Shown: positions 30,309 to 41,944 of the stretch, in pieces
How positions within the stretch are numbered: position 1 is the stretch's first letter
Layout: each line of letters opens with the position of its first letter
NCBI GenBank assembly: GCA_001805965.1
Contig: MHHG01000027.1
Span: 477-64,476 of the forward strand
Direction: 5' to 3'
Source: Omnitrophica WOR_2 bacterium RIFOXYA2_FULL_38_17
Lineage (GTDB): Bacteria > Omnitrophota > Gorgyraeia > Zapsychrales > Zapsychraceae
DNA length: 64,000 nucleotides
Program-made: the position numbers and the translations under genes
The notes under the pieces: generated by a model
Told to the model about the DNA's origin: nothing
The model's database searches: none
The model's input: the letters and a program-made list of their open reading frames with translations, nothing else

Positions 30309-30881
30309 TTAAACTATTATTTCATCAAGCATTATTTCTTCTAATTCTTTAATAGCTTTACTCAAGTTATCATTAATCACAATATATTTATATTTTTTTT
30401 CTTCTTTCATCTCGCTTTTTGCAGTTTTAAGCCTCAAATCCGTTGTTTTTTTGTTTTCAGAGCCCCTTCCTGCCAATCTGTTTTTCAAATCTGCAAAAGA
30501 AGGTGTTCTAACAAAGATAGTTATGGCTGCAGGGAAAATTTTTACGACATCTTTAGCCCCTTTTACATCAATACATAACAGGACATCCTTGCCTCTACTA
30601 AGCGTTTCTTTAACCACTCTCTTTGGCGTCCCATAATAATTATCAAAAACTTTTTTTGACTCTAAAAAATGTCCTCTTCTTTTTTTATATAAAAACATTT
30701 TTTTACTAACAAAGAAATAATCACGACCTAGCTTCTCGCCTGCTCTTTTTTGTCTTGTTGTTACAGAAACCATCTTGATAATTCTTTTCTTTATATTCGT
30801 TTCTTGTAAAACTTTTTCACATAGCGTAGTTTTTCCAGAGCCAGAAGGTCCAGAAATAATAAATATTTTTCCAGATTTCAT
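30309..30881 (-). CDS. gmk: Guanylate kinase
   Basis: P-loop IISGPSGSGKTTL and GMP-binding residues (RxxxR, Y..Y) are present. Confidence 0.9.
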   Translation of the reverse strand: MKSGKIFIISGPSGSGKTTLCEKVLQETNIKKRIIKMVSVTTRQKRAGEKLGRDYFFVSKKMFLYKKRRGHFLESKKVFDNYYGTPKRVVKETLSRGKDVLLCIDVKGAKDVVKIFPAAITIFVRTPSFADLKNRLAGRGSENKKTTDLRLKTAKSEMKEEKKYKYIVINDNLSKAIKELEEIMLDEIIV

Positions 30882-30888
30882 TCTTTGA

Positions 30889-31710
30889 TTACTCTATATT
30901 TTGAGATTGTTCTCTGATTTTTTCAATTTTGCTTTTCAGGGCAATAACAGCGTTTGACACTGCTGAATCCTGCAGCTTTGACCCAATAGTATTTGTTTCT
31001 CTTTGCATTTCTTGAGCAATAAAATCCATTTTTTTCCCGACCGGAACAGTTTTTGTGAGAAGGCTTTTCACTTCCTCGATATAATGTGTAAGCCTTGTCA
31101 TCTCTTCTTCAATGTCAATATTCTTTTGATAGGACTTGAATTCCTCAGGTGTTAAAGTTTTCTTTTTCTGCTTTAATATTGCCTCGGTTCTAGTCCTAAT
31201 TTTCTTAACCTGCACAAGCATTTTCTTTGCCTTATCCCCAACATCTGCCTCTAAACTTTTTCCTTCTTTTTTTCTCATAACCATCAAATTATTTAAGGCA
31301 ACCTCTATCCCTTTTTCCATTTCTGGCCAAATAGACTCTGCCTTAACAAGAACTTCATTGTTCTCTAAAACTCCAGGCATATTAATAAGATCTGAAAGCT
31401 TTAGATCATTTTCGAGCTTAAAAGTCTTTTGCAAGATTTGAGCAGCATTTAAATAATTTTTTGCAACTGCTTTGTTTAAAGTTATCACCGAATCCGGCTT
31501 TTTTGTAATTCTCACAGAAAGAGTTATTCGTCCACGCTTAATGCTTTTTTGCAATAACTGGTATATCTTGTTCTCTAAAGAAGCAAATCCAGTCGGCAAA
31601 TAATAGCTAGCATCAAAGTATCTGTGGTTAACACTTTTAATTTCAACTGTTGCCCTGTTTTTTCCCTTTACTAACTGCGCTGATCCAAAACCAGTCATTC
31701 CCTTTATCAT
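30889..31710 (-). CDS. yicC: YicC-family stress-induced protein
   Basis: It starts MIKGMTGFGSA (the TIGR00255 signature). It lies in the conserved yicC-gmk-rpoZ arrangement. Confidence 0.8.
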   Translation of the reverse strand: MIKGMTGFGSAQLVKGKNRATVEIKSVNHRYFDASYYLPTGFASLENKIYQLLQKSIKRGRITLSVRITKKPDSVITLNKAVAKNYLNAAQILQKTFKLENDLKLSDLINMPGVLENNEVLVKAESIWPEMEKGIEVALNNLMVMRKKEGKSLEADVGDKAKKMLVQVKKIRTRTEAILKQKKKTLTPEEFKSYQKNIDIEEEMTRLTHYIEEVKSLLTKTVPVGKKMDFIAQEMQRETNTIGSKLQDSAVSNAVIALKSKIEKIREQSQNIE

Positions 31711-31718
31711 CTTTTCTC

Positions 31719-32573
31719 CTATTGCTTTAAAACGTTTATCAGTCTATCAAGATCGTCTAGAGAGTAATATTCTATGATGATTTTTCCGCGTTTTTTTTGT
31801 GCCATAACCCGCACTTTTGTACCCAAGGCTCTCTGAAGCTCCTCTTCCAAAGAAACGATTTCATGGTTCCTTTCTGTTGGCCTCTTATCTCTATGGGACG
31901 CTTCTTTATTTCCTTTTTTGATCAAGTTCTCTAGCTCTCTGACGGATAATCCTTTTGCCAAAACCAAATCAAACAATCTTTTTCTTTCCGTTTCTGAGAT
32001 CTCCCCAAGTAGAGTTCTTGCATGTCCGGCGGATAAATCACCATTGAAAACACTTTTTTGCATTTCTTGAGGTAACCTTAACAATCGTAATATGTTACCT
32101 ACCGTAGAACGGTCTTTGCCAACTGCTCTCGCAACAGCATCTTGAGTAAAATTAAATTGCTCTATCATTTTCTGATAAGCAAGAGCCTCTTCTATTGGGT
32201 TCAGCTCTTCTCTTTGAATGTTCTCGACGAGGGCTATTATAAAAGCTTCCTTGTCGTCAACATTTTTTATTAGAACAGGAACTTCTTGAAGGTTTAAAGC
32301 TCTTGCCGCCTTAAGGCGCCTCTCTCCTGCAACCACCTCATACCTAGCATCCTTTTTTCTAACAAGGATTGGCTGTAGAACGCCGTTCTCTTCTATCGAG
32401 GCCTTTAGCTCATCTAGCTCTTCTTTTCCATAATTTTTTCTTGGCTGTTGGGTGCTGTTAATTATTAAATCTGTTTTTATATATGCAACCGACGAGGAAT
32501 CTGACGTATTCTCAGATTCAGCTTTACCAGGAATTAAAGCAGACAATCCTTTTCCTAATGCCCTATTTTGCAT
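31719..32573 (-). CDS. parB: Chromosome partitioning protein ParB
   Basis: ParB box GERRLKAARAL and a C-terminal HTH and dimerisation region are present. Confidence 0.9.
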   Translation of the reverse strand: MQNRALGKGLSALIPGKAESENTSDSSSVAYIKTDLIINSTQQPRKNYGKEELDELKASIEENGVLQPILVRKKDARYEVVAGERRLKAARALNLQEVPVLIKNVDDKEAFIIALVENIQREELNPIEEALAYQKMIEQFNFTQDAVARAVGKDRSTVGNILRLLRLPQEMQKSVFNGDLSAGHARTLLGEISETERKRLFDLVLAKGLSVRELENLIKKGNKEASHRDKRPTERNHEIVSLEEELQRALGTKVRVMAQKKRGKIIIEYYSLDDLDRLINVLKQ

Positions 32574-32618
32574 TTCTTCTCCTTATATCGTTCATTATTA
32601 AAACAGTCCCAAACTCTA

Positions 32619-33455
32619 TTATTGCCCTTCTTCCATTGTCCCAACAGAAGCATCTCTTTTTCTTAAGTCGTTTATTTCCAATAGTTTAGACCCATATTCT
32701 TCCGGCAACAACTCCTTAGCCAAGTCCATATACTTTATAGCCCCGACAGACGTCTTCTCATAATAATTGATTGGTTTACCATGACTAGGCGCCTCGCTCA
32801 ATCTGATATTTCTAGGGATGACTGTCTTGTAAACCTTCTCTTTAAAATATTCTTTAATTTCACCAATAACTTCTGCTGTAAGATTTGTCCTATAATCAGC
32901 CATTGTCAGGAGAACGCCTTCAACCATTAGCCTAGGATTTAAACTTTCCTTAATGAGCCTTATAGTTTTTACAAGCTGCGAAACCCCTTCAAGCGCATAA
33001 AACTCACATTGAATAGGAATCATTATAGAATCACTTGCAACCAACGAATTGAGTGTTAGCAATCCCAATGATGGAGGCGAGTCAATAAAAACAAAATCAT
33101 ACTCATCTTTAATCTCATCTAGAGCCCTCTTTAATCGTGTCTCCCTTGAAAAAGCGCCAACAAGCTCTATTTCTGCTCCAGTTAAATTAATGTTGCAGGG
33201 AATAATGTCCAAATTGGGAAAAACTGTATGAATTATAACATCTTTAGTAGTAACTTTACTTAACAAAAGATCGTAAACAGATATTTCTAGCTCATTTTTA
33301 TTAATACCTACCCCGCTAGTTGCATTACCTTGTGGATCGGAATCAACAATCAGTATTTTCTTTCCAAGCTCTGCTAATGACGAGGACAGGTTTACCGTTG
33401 TTGTTGTCTTGCCTGTCCCACCTTTTTGATTACAAATTGAAATGATTTTTGACAT
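32619..33455 (-). CDS. parA: Chromosome partitioning ATPase ParA/Soj
   Basis: Deviant Walker A KGGTGKTTT. The ParA fold is present with a ~25 aa C-terminal extension. Confidence 0.9.
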   Translation of the reverse strand: MSKIISICNQKGGTGKTTTTVNLSSSLAELGKKILIVDSDPQGNATSGVGINKNELEISVYDLLLSKVTTKDVIIHTVFPNLDIIPCNINLTGAEIELVGAFSRETRLKRALDEIKDEYDFVFIDSPPSLGLLTLNSLVASDSIMIPIQCEFYALEGVSQLVKTIRLIKESLNPRLMVEGVLLTMADYRTNLTAEVIGEIKEYFKEKVYKTVIPRNIRLSEAPSHGKPINYYEKTSVGAIKYMDLAKELLPEEYGSKLLEINDLRKRDASVGTMEEGQ

Positions 33456-33499
33456 TGGATTTTATGATATGAGCTTAATTTAGTGCTTGCCCTATGAAA

Positions 33500-33515
33500 T
33501 GTTTCACGTGGAACA
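33500..33515. promoter_or_regulatory. parS-like site (TGTTTCACGTGGAACA, 1 mismatch to consensus)
   Basis: 15/16 match to the canonical parS palindrome TGTTTCACGTGAAACA, 45 nt upstream of the parA start. Confidence 0.75.
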
Positions 33516-33535
33516 CTAAAAAAACATTTTAATAC

Positions 33536-33551
33536 TGTTTCACGTGAAACA
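33536..33551. promoter_or_regulatory. Perfect parS site (TGTTTCACGTGAAACA)
   Basis: Exact 16-bp palindromic parS consensus, seen directly. Confidence 0.85.
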
Positions 33552-33641
33552 ATATTTCTTTTTACGGAAAGAACTCTTTATAGTTTGGCAAGCATTGCTA
33601 GTTATACGACTATTCTTATTTTCTAATAAAAAATAAAAATT

Positions 33642-33848
33642 TCAAGTATTTTTATCTTTTTCTTTGATAGACACTATTATCTTTGCGGGTTTCTCTCCCT
33701 CCATGCCAAACAAACCCTTCTTCTCTTCACAAACAATTTTAATCAAAACCTCGTCTCTGGTTGCCTTAAGAAGCTTTAGTGCCTTGTTTATAGCATCTTC
33801 TACCGTGCTTCCCTCTATTTCAATACTCTTTGGTAAGTTTTCATCCAT
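33642..33848 (-). CDS. Jag/KhpB N-terminal domain protein (Jag_N only, no KH/R3H)
   Basis: A 68-aa protein (EIEGSTVEDAINKALKLLKATRDEVLIKIVCEEKKGLFG) matching the Jag_N domain. It sits in the jag position immediately after yidC. Confidence 0.55.
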   Translation of the reverse strand: MDENLPKSIEIEGSTVEDAINKALKLLKATRDEVLIKIVCEEKKGLFGMEGEKPAKIIVSIKEKDKNT

Positions 33849-35504
33849 TTACACCACCTTTGGCTCTTTGGACATTTTCCACTGAGTAAACGTTGAAAAA
33901 AGATAAAACATTGTAAAATACAAAGTCAGTCCGCTTGCAAATTTATAAAAGATAAAGCCTAAAAACAAAGGAAAAATCCTGCTCATCATTTTTTGCTGAG
34001 CAAGTTGAGCAGGATCGGCAGCTGTCATATTTTGTGTTGATAATTTTTGTTGAAAATACATAACTATCATCATGATTAGAGGCAAAATATTGATTTCATT
34101 ACCAATAATAGGAATGTTTTGTGGCCATGTGGGAGGAAAAACAAACAATCTATCTGGCGCAGATAAATCCTTTATCCATAAAAATCCTGCCCCTTTTAAA
34201 GAAACAGAGCGCCATAAAACTTGATATAGCCCAATAAAAACCGGCATTTGCAGTAGCATCGGCAAGCATCCGCCCAATGGATTAATCTTGTTTTCTTTAT
34301 ATATTTTCATCATTTCCTCATTCATTTTCTGAGGATTGTTTTTATATTTTTCCTTTAAAGCGTTGACCATTGGTTGCATAGATTGCATTCTCTTCATTGA
34401 CACCATTGACCTTTTTGTTAAAGGATACATCGAAAAATAAATCACAACGCTTATTAAAAGAATACATACTCCCCAGTTTGGAACAATATTATACATTAAA
34501 TCCATAATTGAATGTATAAACTTTGCAATTGTGTCAAATAGGCCAAAACGATAATATTTCCTAATTTTTTCAAAAGAATAATCAAACTTTTTCAATATAC
34601 TTAACTTTTCAGGCCCAAAATAGCAAATAAACGATAGAGATTCTTCCTGATCCTTACTTCCATTTACAAACAGTGGCTCTATTTCTACCTTAAGCCTTTC
34701 CTTATCAATAGGATTCAGAGAAAAACCTTTTGTTTCAAATAAAGGCTTAAATATGGCGCAGTAATATCTGTTCCTAAAACCAACCCAATTAATGCTATCC
34801 TGCTTTACCATCCTATCTTTAGGTGAAAACTTAAAAGCATTGTTTTTTCTAATCATTTCTTTTGTAGAAAAAACAACATATTCATTTAACGATTTATCTG
34901 TTGATCTAGAAGAATCTCCTCCATGCTTACTCACACCATTGTCCAGACTGGACATATCAGCTGTGTATATTCCAATTGCCAGTTCTGACAGATTGGACAT
35001 TTTAGTCTTTCCTACAATCGAAATATCTACCTGAACGGAATAATCCTCTTTTCCCAAAACAAAGTTTTTAGTAACCAAATAATTTTCATCTTCATATGTA
35101 TAAGAAACTGATCTGTCAGTTTTTTCAGTAAGAACAAATTCTACATTTTCAAGACCAAAAACACTACCTATTTTATTCAAAGGTAGCATCTCTTCATATT
35201 TTTTAATAAAAACACTATCTAGAGTTCCTCCAATATTTGAAGTTCCTAAATCAAGCGTGTCTCCCTCAATCAATGATATTTTTTTGTTTTTAAAATCCAC
35301 CTGCAGAGGAAGAGAATCCGATTCATTGTCCATGGATGTCTCTTGTTCGTCAGAAGGGAGGGGCTTTAATATATCCTGTTGCCCTGAAATAGTTTGCGTT
35401 TTCTCAATATTGGAAGTATTCTTAACTGGTTTTGGCGTGACAGCTTGCCATAGATATAATGTTAAAAATGACAAAATCACAGCTAATAAAAATCTTTTTT
35501 CCAT
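33849..35504 (-). CDS. yidC: Membrane protein insertase YidC
   Basis: It has an N-terminal TM helix, a large periplasmic domain and a C-terminal 5-TM 60-kDa_inner_membrane core (PLGGCLPMLLQMPVFIGLY). Confidence 0.9.
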   Translation of the reverse strand: MEKRFLLAVILSFLTLYLWQAVTPKPVKNTSNIEKTQTISGQQDILKPLPSDEQETSMDNESDSLPLQVDFKNKKISLIEGDTLDLGTSNIGGTLDSVFIKKYEEMLPLNKIGSVFGLENVEFVLTEKTDRSVSYTYEDENYLVTKNFVLGKEDYSVQVDISIVGKTKMSNLSELAIGIYTADMSSLDNGVSKHGGDSSRSTDKSLNEYVVFSTKEMIRKNNAFKFSPKDRMVKQDSINWVGFRNRYYCAIFKPLFETKGFSLNPIDKERLKVEIEPLFVNGSKDQEESLSFICYFGPEKLSILKKFDYSFEKIRKYYRFGLFDTIAKFIHSIMDLMYNIVPNWGVCILLISVVIYFSMYPLTKRSMVSMKRMQSMQPMVNALKEKYKNNPQKMNEEMMKIYKENKINPLGGCLPMLLQMPVFIGLYQVLWRSVSLKGAGFLWIKDLSAPDRLFVFPPTWPQNIPIIGNEINILPLIMMIVMYFQQKLSTQNMTAADPAQLAQQKMMSRIFPLFLGFIFYKFASGLTLYFTMFYLFSTFTQWKMSKEPKVV

Positions 35505-35698
35505 AATGTATTATAATCCTTGCTTGGGTCTAACAGTGTTTAGACAGAACGAGTCGTATTACCTGTTTTCCAAAAATTGTATTTGATAATCAGGGGATCT
35601 GTTTGAATTTGTATGTTTAAATTGGCAAATAATGCTTTTTAACATAATCTCGGTCTACACAGTGCTTTTCAAAAACAGATTTATTGGCCTGTTTGGAA

Positions 35699-35836
35699 TT
35701 ATTTGGTTAACTGTTTTCGACCTTTAGCGCGGCGCCGATTAAGAACTTCTTGACCATCGCTAGTTTGCATTCTTTTTCGAAAGCCGTGCGCTCTTTTGCC
35801 TTTTATATTTGTAGGTGTCTTTAAATGCTTTTTCAT
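35699..35836 (-). CDS. rpmH: 50S ribosomal protein L34
   Basis: The minus-strand 45-aa [48 protein letters not shown] matches L34. It is under 60 aa, so absent from the ORF track. Confidence 0.85.
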   Translation of the reverse strand: MKKHLKTPTNIKGKRAHGFRKRMQTSDGQEVLNRRRAKGRKQLTK

Positions 35837-36434
35837 AATTTGTAGATTATATCACACGACTTTTTATAGTCAAGCGATTTCAATATGCTTTAAAAACAAA
35901 ACTTGTTAAATTACAATATCTAGCGAAAAATCAATATTAACTTTTTTATCGACGATAATAATTCGAACTATAATCAATTTTACCCTGCTCAAACAATTAA
36001 AACATAAAAATACTTCTTGTTTCTATTGTTAAACGGTTCATAAGCCTAATATTTGCTAGTGTTTTAGTGTCAGCAAAATATTTAATTTGAAATAAAAATT
36101 TTCTCTGTTATAATATGGCACTTTAGTTATATTTTATTGCGCTTCCAATAAGTCTGTTGTTACCATGACTTTTTTGTTGCAATTTAGCATTAACTCTTGT
36201 AATCTTTGGTACAAGGGGCCGAAATATAACACAATCGGTTTTATTCTTTAACAAGTCGCTTTGCCAATACTTGCCGTAAAGTAATCCATTATATCGGGGC
36301 TAAAGAATCCACACCTGTGGAAAACTTGTTAATACTGTTATTGTTTCTGTAATTCATTTATTTTCAACATATTACGTCTTTGCAAATTAATCTTTTAAAC
36401 TTTAACTCCTCGTAAGAATCAGGAACTTGCTTAA
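35837..36434. other. Candidate chromosomal replication origin (oriC) in the rpmH/dnaA intergenic region
   Basis: A ~600-bp AT-rich non-coding region between divergent rpmH and dnaA. Gene strand bias switches exactly here. Two facing DnaA-box-like 9-mers are present: GAATCCACA at 36305-36313 and TGTGGAAAA at 36316-36324. Confidence 0.55.
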
Positions 36435-37769
36435 ATGTCTCTAAAAGCTGTTTGGGAAAATTCACAAAAAACTATAAAAGAAAAAATCGGTACAGCTTCT
36501 TATGATACCTGGTTTACTTCAATACAAATCAAAGAAACTTCTCCTCAAACGCTTTCTTTGGAAGCTCCTGATGATTTTTTTAAAAACTGGATAGTCGAAC
36601 ATTATAAAGTGCTGCTCGAGGAAATCCTTTCATCAGCAGCTTCTTTTGCTGTAAATCTGGAGTTTAAAGTAAATCCTGCTGTTTTAGAGGAGGCTCCCCG
36701 AGAGCAAGCTTCCATCTTTCAAAAAGAGTACAACAGTTTCACTAATGACACAACCAATCTAAATTCAAGGTTTACTTTTGATAATTTTGTCATCGGGCCA
36801 TCAAATCGATTTGCTTGTGCCGCTAGTCTGGCCGTCGCTGAATCTCCGGCTAAAGCATATAATCCGCTATTCATTTATGGCCAGGTCGGCTTGGGAAAAA
36901 CTCATTTGATACAAGCTATCTCTCAAAAAATATTGGAACTGAATTCAAACTTAAAAATCTGCTACAAGTCTTCCGAACAATTTACAAACGAATTGATAGA
37001 CGCTATACGACATAGATCAACGCCGGAGTTTAGAAAAAAATACCGCGAAATTGATGTTTTGCTTATTGATGATATACAATTTATCGCCGGCAAGGACTCT
37101 ACGCAAGAAGAGTTTTTCCATACATTTAATAATTTACATAACAATAGAAAACAGCTAATCATTACTTCTGACAGGCCTCCAAAGGAAATAGCAAAACTTG
37201 AAGAGCGCCTAAGTTCCAGATTTGCCTGGGGATTAATTGCAGATATTCAGCCTCCGGACTATGAAACAAGAGTGGCGATCTTAAAGAAAAAAATAGAACA
37301 TGAACCCCTTGCTGTGCCAGATGAAGTGATTCATTACATCGCGGATAAAATTAAAACCAATATAAGGGAACTTGAAGGAGCATTAATAAGAGTAACCGCT
37401 TATTCATTGTTGGAAGAAAAACCATTAACGTTTGAAATGGCAAGAAGTATCTTAAAAGATATGATAAAGGAAACAGCGAAAATTATTAGCATTGAGATGG
37501 TACAAAAAATGGTAGCTGAACGCTTTAATGTCACTTTGAATGAACTGAAATCAAATAAAAGAAACAAAAATATAGTTATGCCTAGACAAATTGCCATGTA
37601 TTTAGCCAGACAATTAACTCAGCTATCTTTGCCGGAAATAGGGGGGGCTTTTGGAGGTAAAGACCATACAACAGTTTTACACTCTTGTAAAAAGATTGTA
37701 AAAGATTTAGAATTAAACGCTGAACTAAAAAATTCTATCAACGGGTTATTGTTTGATTTAAAGCAATGA
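36435..37769 (+). CDS. dnaA: Chromosomal replication initiator protein DnaA
   Basis: AAA+ Walker A GQVGLGKTHL. The C-terminal DnaA signature (IAMYLARQLT...GGKDHTTVLHSCKKI) is present. Confidence 0.95.
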   Translation: MSLKAVWENSQKTIKEKIGTASYDTWFTSIQIKETSPQTLSLEAPDDFFKNWIVEHYKVLLEEILSSAASFAVNLEFKVNPAVLEEAPREQASIFQKEYNSFTNDTTNLNSRFTFDNFVIGPSNRFACAASLAVAESPAKAYNPLFIYGQVGLGKTHLIQAISQKILELNSNLKICYKSSEQFTNELIDAIRHRSTPEFRKKYREIDVLLIDDIQFIAGKDSTQEEFFHTFNNLHNNRKQLIITSDRPPKEIAKLEERLSSRFAWGLIADIQPPDYETRVAILKKKIEHEPLAVPDEVIHYIADKIKTNIRELEGALIRVTAYSLLEEKPLTFEMARSILKDMIKETAKIISIEMVQKMVAERFNVTLNELKSNKRNKNIVMPRQIAMYLARQLTQLSLPEIGGAFGGKDHTTVLHSCKKIVKDLELNAELKNSINGLLFDLKQ

Positions 37770-37911
37770 TTAAGTGTTTGTATGCAAGATTTTAACAGCC
37801 AAATTGTTCTTAAATAATTGAAATATAATCACTTTACACCTTGTTCGAATTATTAACAGGTACTACGTATACGATTACTATTTAGATCTTTAACTTAGTT
37901 ATAGGAAGGAA

Positions 37912-39009
37912 ATGAATAAGATGAAACTAAAAATGAAAAGAGATGATCTCCTAATAGGTATTCAAACTGTACAGAATGTTGTATCGAGTAAAGCAACACT
38001 ACCTATTCTATCTAATGTATTATTAGAGATTAGCAATAATATTCTGAAATTAAATGCAACAGATTTGGATATTGGGATTTCCTGTGCAATACCTGTGGAA
38101 TCTATTGAAGAAGGAGCAATAACTATTCCTGCAAAAAGATTTAGCGATATAATTAAAGAATTGCCTGTTGGGGATGTCAATATTTATGCAAAGAAAAACA
38201 ATCAAATTGATATTGAAGGAAAAAATTGTAGATTTAAGTTGAATGGTCTTCCAAAAGAGGAATTTCCAAAATTTCCAGAATTTAAAGACAATGAGATGAT
38301 CAGAATTCAACAGGCAGATCTAAAAGAAATGTTTAAATTAACCTCTTTTGCCGCGTCTCATGAGGAATCAAGGTATGTTTTAAATGGAGTTTTAATTGAA
38401 TTATCAGATGACCTTATAAGAATAGTTGCAACTGATGGTAGAAGATTGGCGAAAATTGAAAAAAAATTAAATTCTTCTATTAAAAAAGAGGTTAGTGTTA
38501 TTATTCCAATAAAAGCAGTGCAGGAAATCAACAGAAATCTCAAGGAAGAAGGGGAAGTCTCCTTTATTATAGGTACAAATCAAATTTTGTTCGATATTGA
38601 TGGAGTTTTGATTGCAACCAGGGTAATTGAGGGGGAATTTCCTAATTATAACCAAGTTATTCCAAAACCAATCAAAACAAAGGTCAATGTTAACACAAAA
38701 GATTTTCTTTATACTATTAAAAGGGCAAATTTATTAGCAACACCTGATTTTCAAGCGGTTAAATTCGAGATTTTTAATGATAAAATGGTTGTTTCTAAAC
38801 ATACTCCTGATGTTGGAGAATCGAGAGAAGAAATTCCTATTGAATATACTGGTCCGGAATTTATAGTTGGTTTTAATCCTGTTTTTCTAATTGATTTTTT
38901 AAAAAATATTAATAAAGAAACAATTGGTATTGAATTTTTAGGTCCTGATAAACCCGCAGTTATAAGGATAGATGATTATTTGTATTTAGCCTTACCAATG
39001 AGAATATAG
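37912..39009 (+). CDS. dnaN: DNA polymerase III beta sliding clamp
   Basis: 365 aa with a three-domain beta-clamp pattern. It lies immediately downstream of dnaA. Confidence 0.9.
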   Translation: MNKMKLKMKRDDLLIGIQTVQNVVSSKATLPILSNVLLEISNNILKLNATDLDIGISCAIPVESIEEGAITIPAKRFSDIIKELPVGDVNIYAKKNNQIDIEGKNCRFKLNGLPKEEFPKFPEFKDNEMIRIQQADLKEMFKLTSFAASHEESRYVLNGVLIELSDDLIRIVATDGRRLAKIEKKLNSSIKKEVSVIIPIKAVQEINRNLKEEGEVSFIIGTNQILFDIDGVLIATRVIEGEFPNYNQVIPKPIKTKVNVNTKDFLYTIKRANLLATPDFQAVKFEIFNDKMVVSKHTPDVGESREEIPIEYTGPEFIVGFNPVFLIDFLKNINKETIGIEFLGPDKPAVIRIDDYLYLALPMRI

Positions 39010-39096
39010 TGATTTTTAGCATAATTTGTGCATAAACAACAGGGTAGCCTAGGTGTCAATAGGATTGCAAAATAAAAAAAATAATAAATTGATAGA

Positions 39097-41897
<2,801 letters not shown>

Positions 41898-41944
41898 AAA
41901 AGAGAGTTAAAGATTCAAGAATATAGAGAGAAAGGTGTTTTTTA

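Noticed and set aside
33456-33641. CRISPR-like repeat (two copies of GTTTCACGTGRAAC)
   Set aside because: There are only two copies, and each is the palindromic parS consensus. No array of regularly spaced repeats exists anywhere in the window.
35505-35698. Possible rnpA or yidD between rpmH and yidC
   Set aside because: Only ~195 nt are available. All frames were translated. The longest ORF is 28 aa, with no RnpA or YidD motif. The interval appears to be just the yidC leader with one small hairpin.
37770-37911. Alternative oriC in the dnaA-dnaN spacer
   Set aside because: It is 142 nt with no DnaA-box-like 9-mers. The rpmH-dnaA spacer is longer and AT-rich, contains box-like sequences and coincides with the strand switch.
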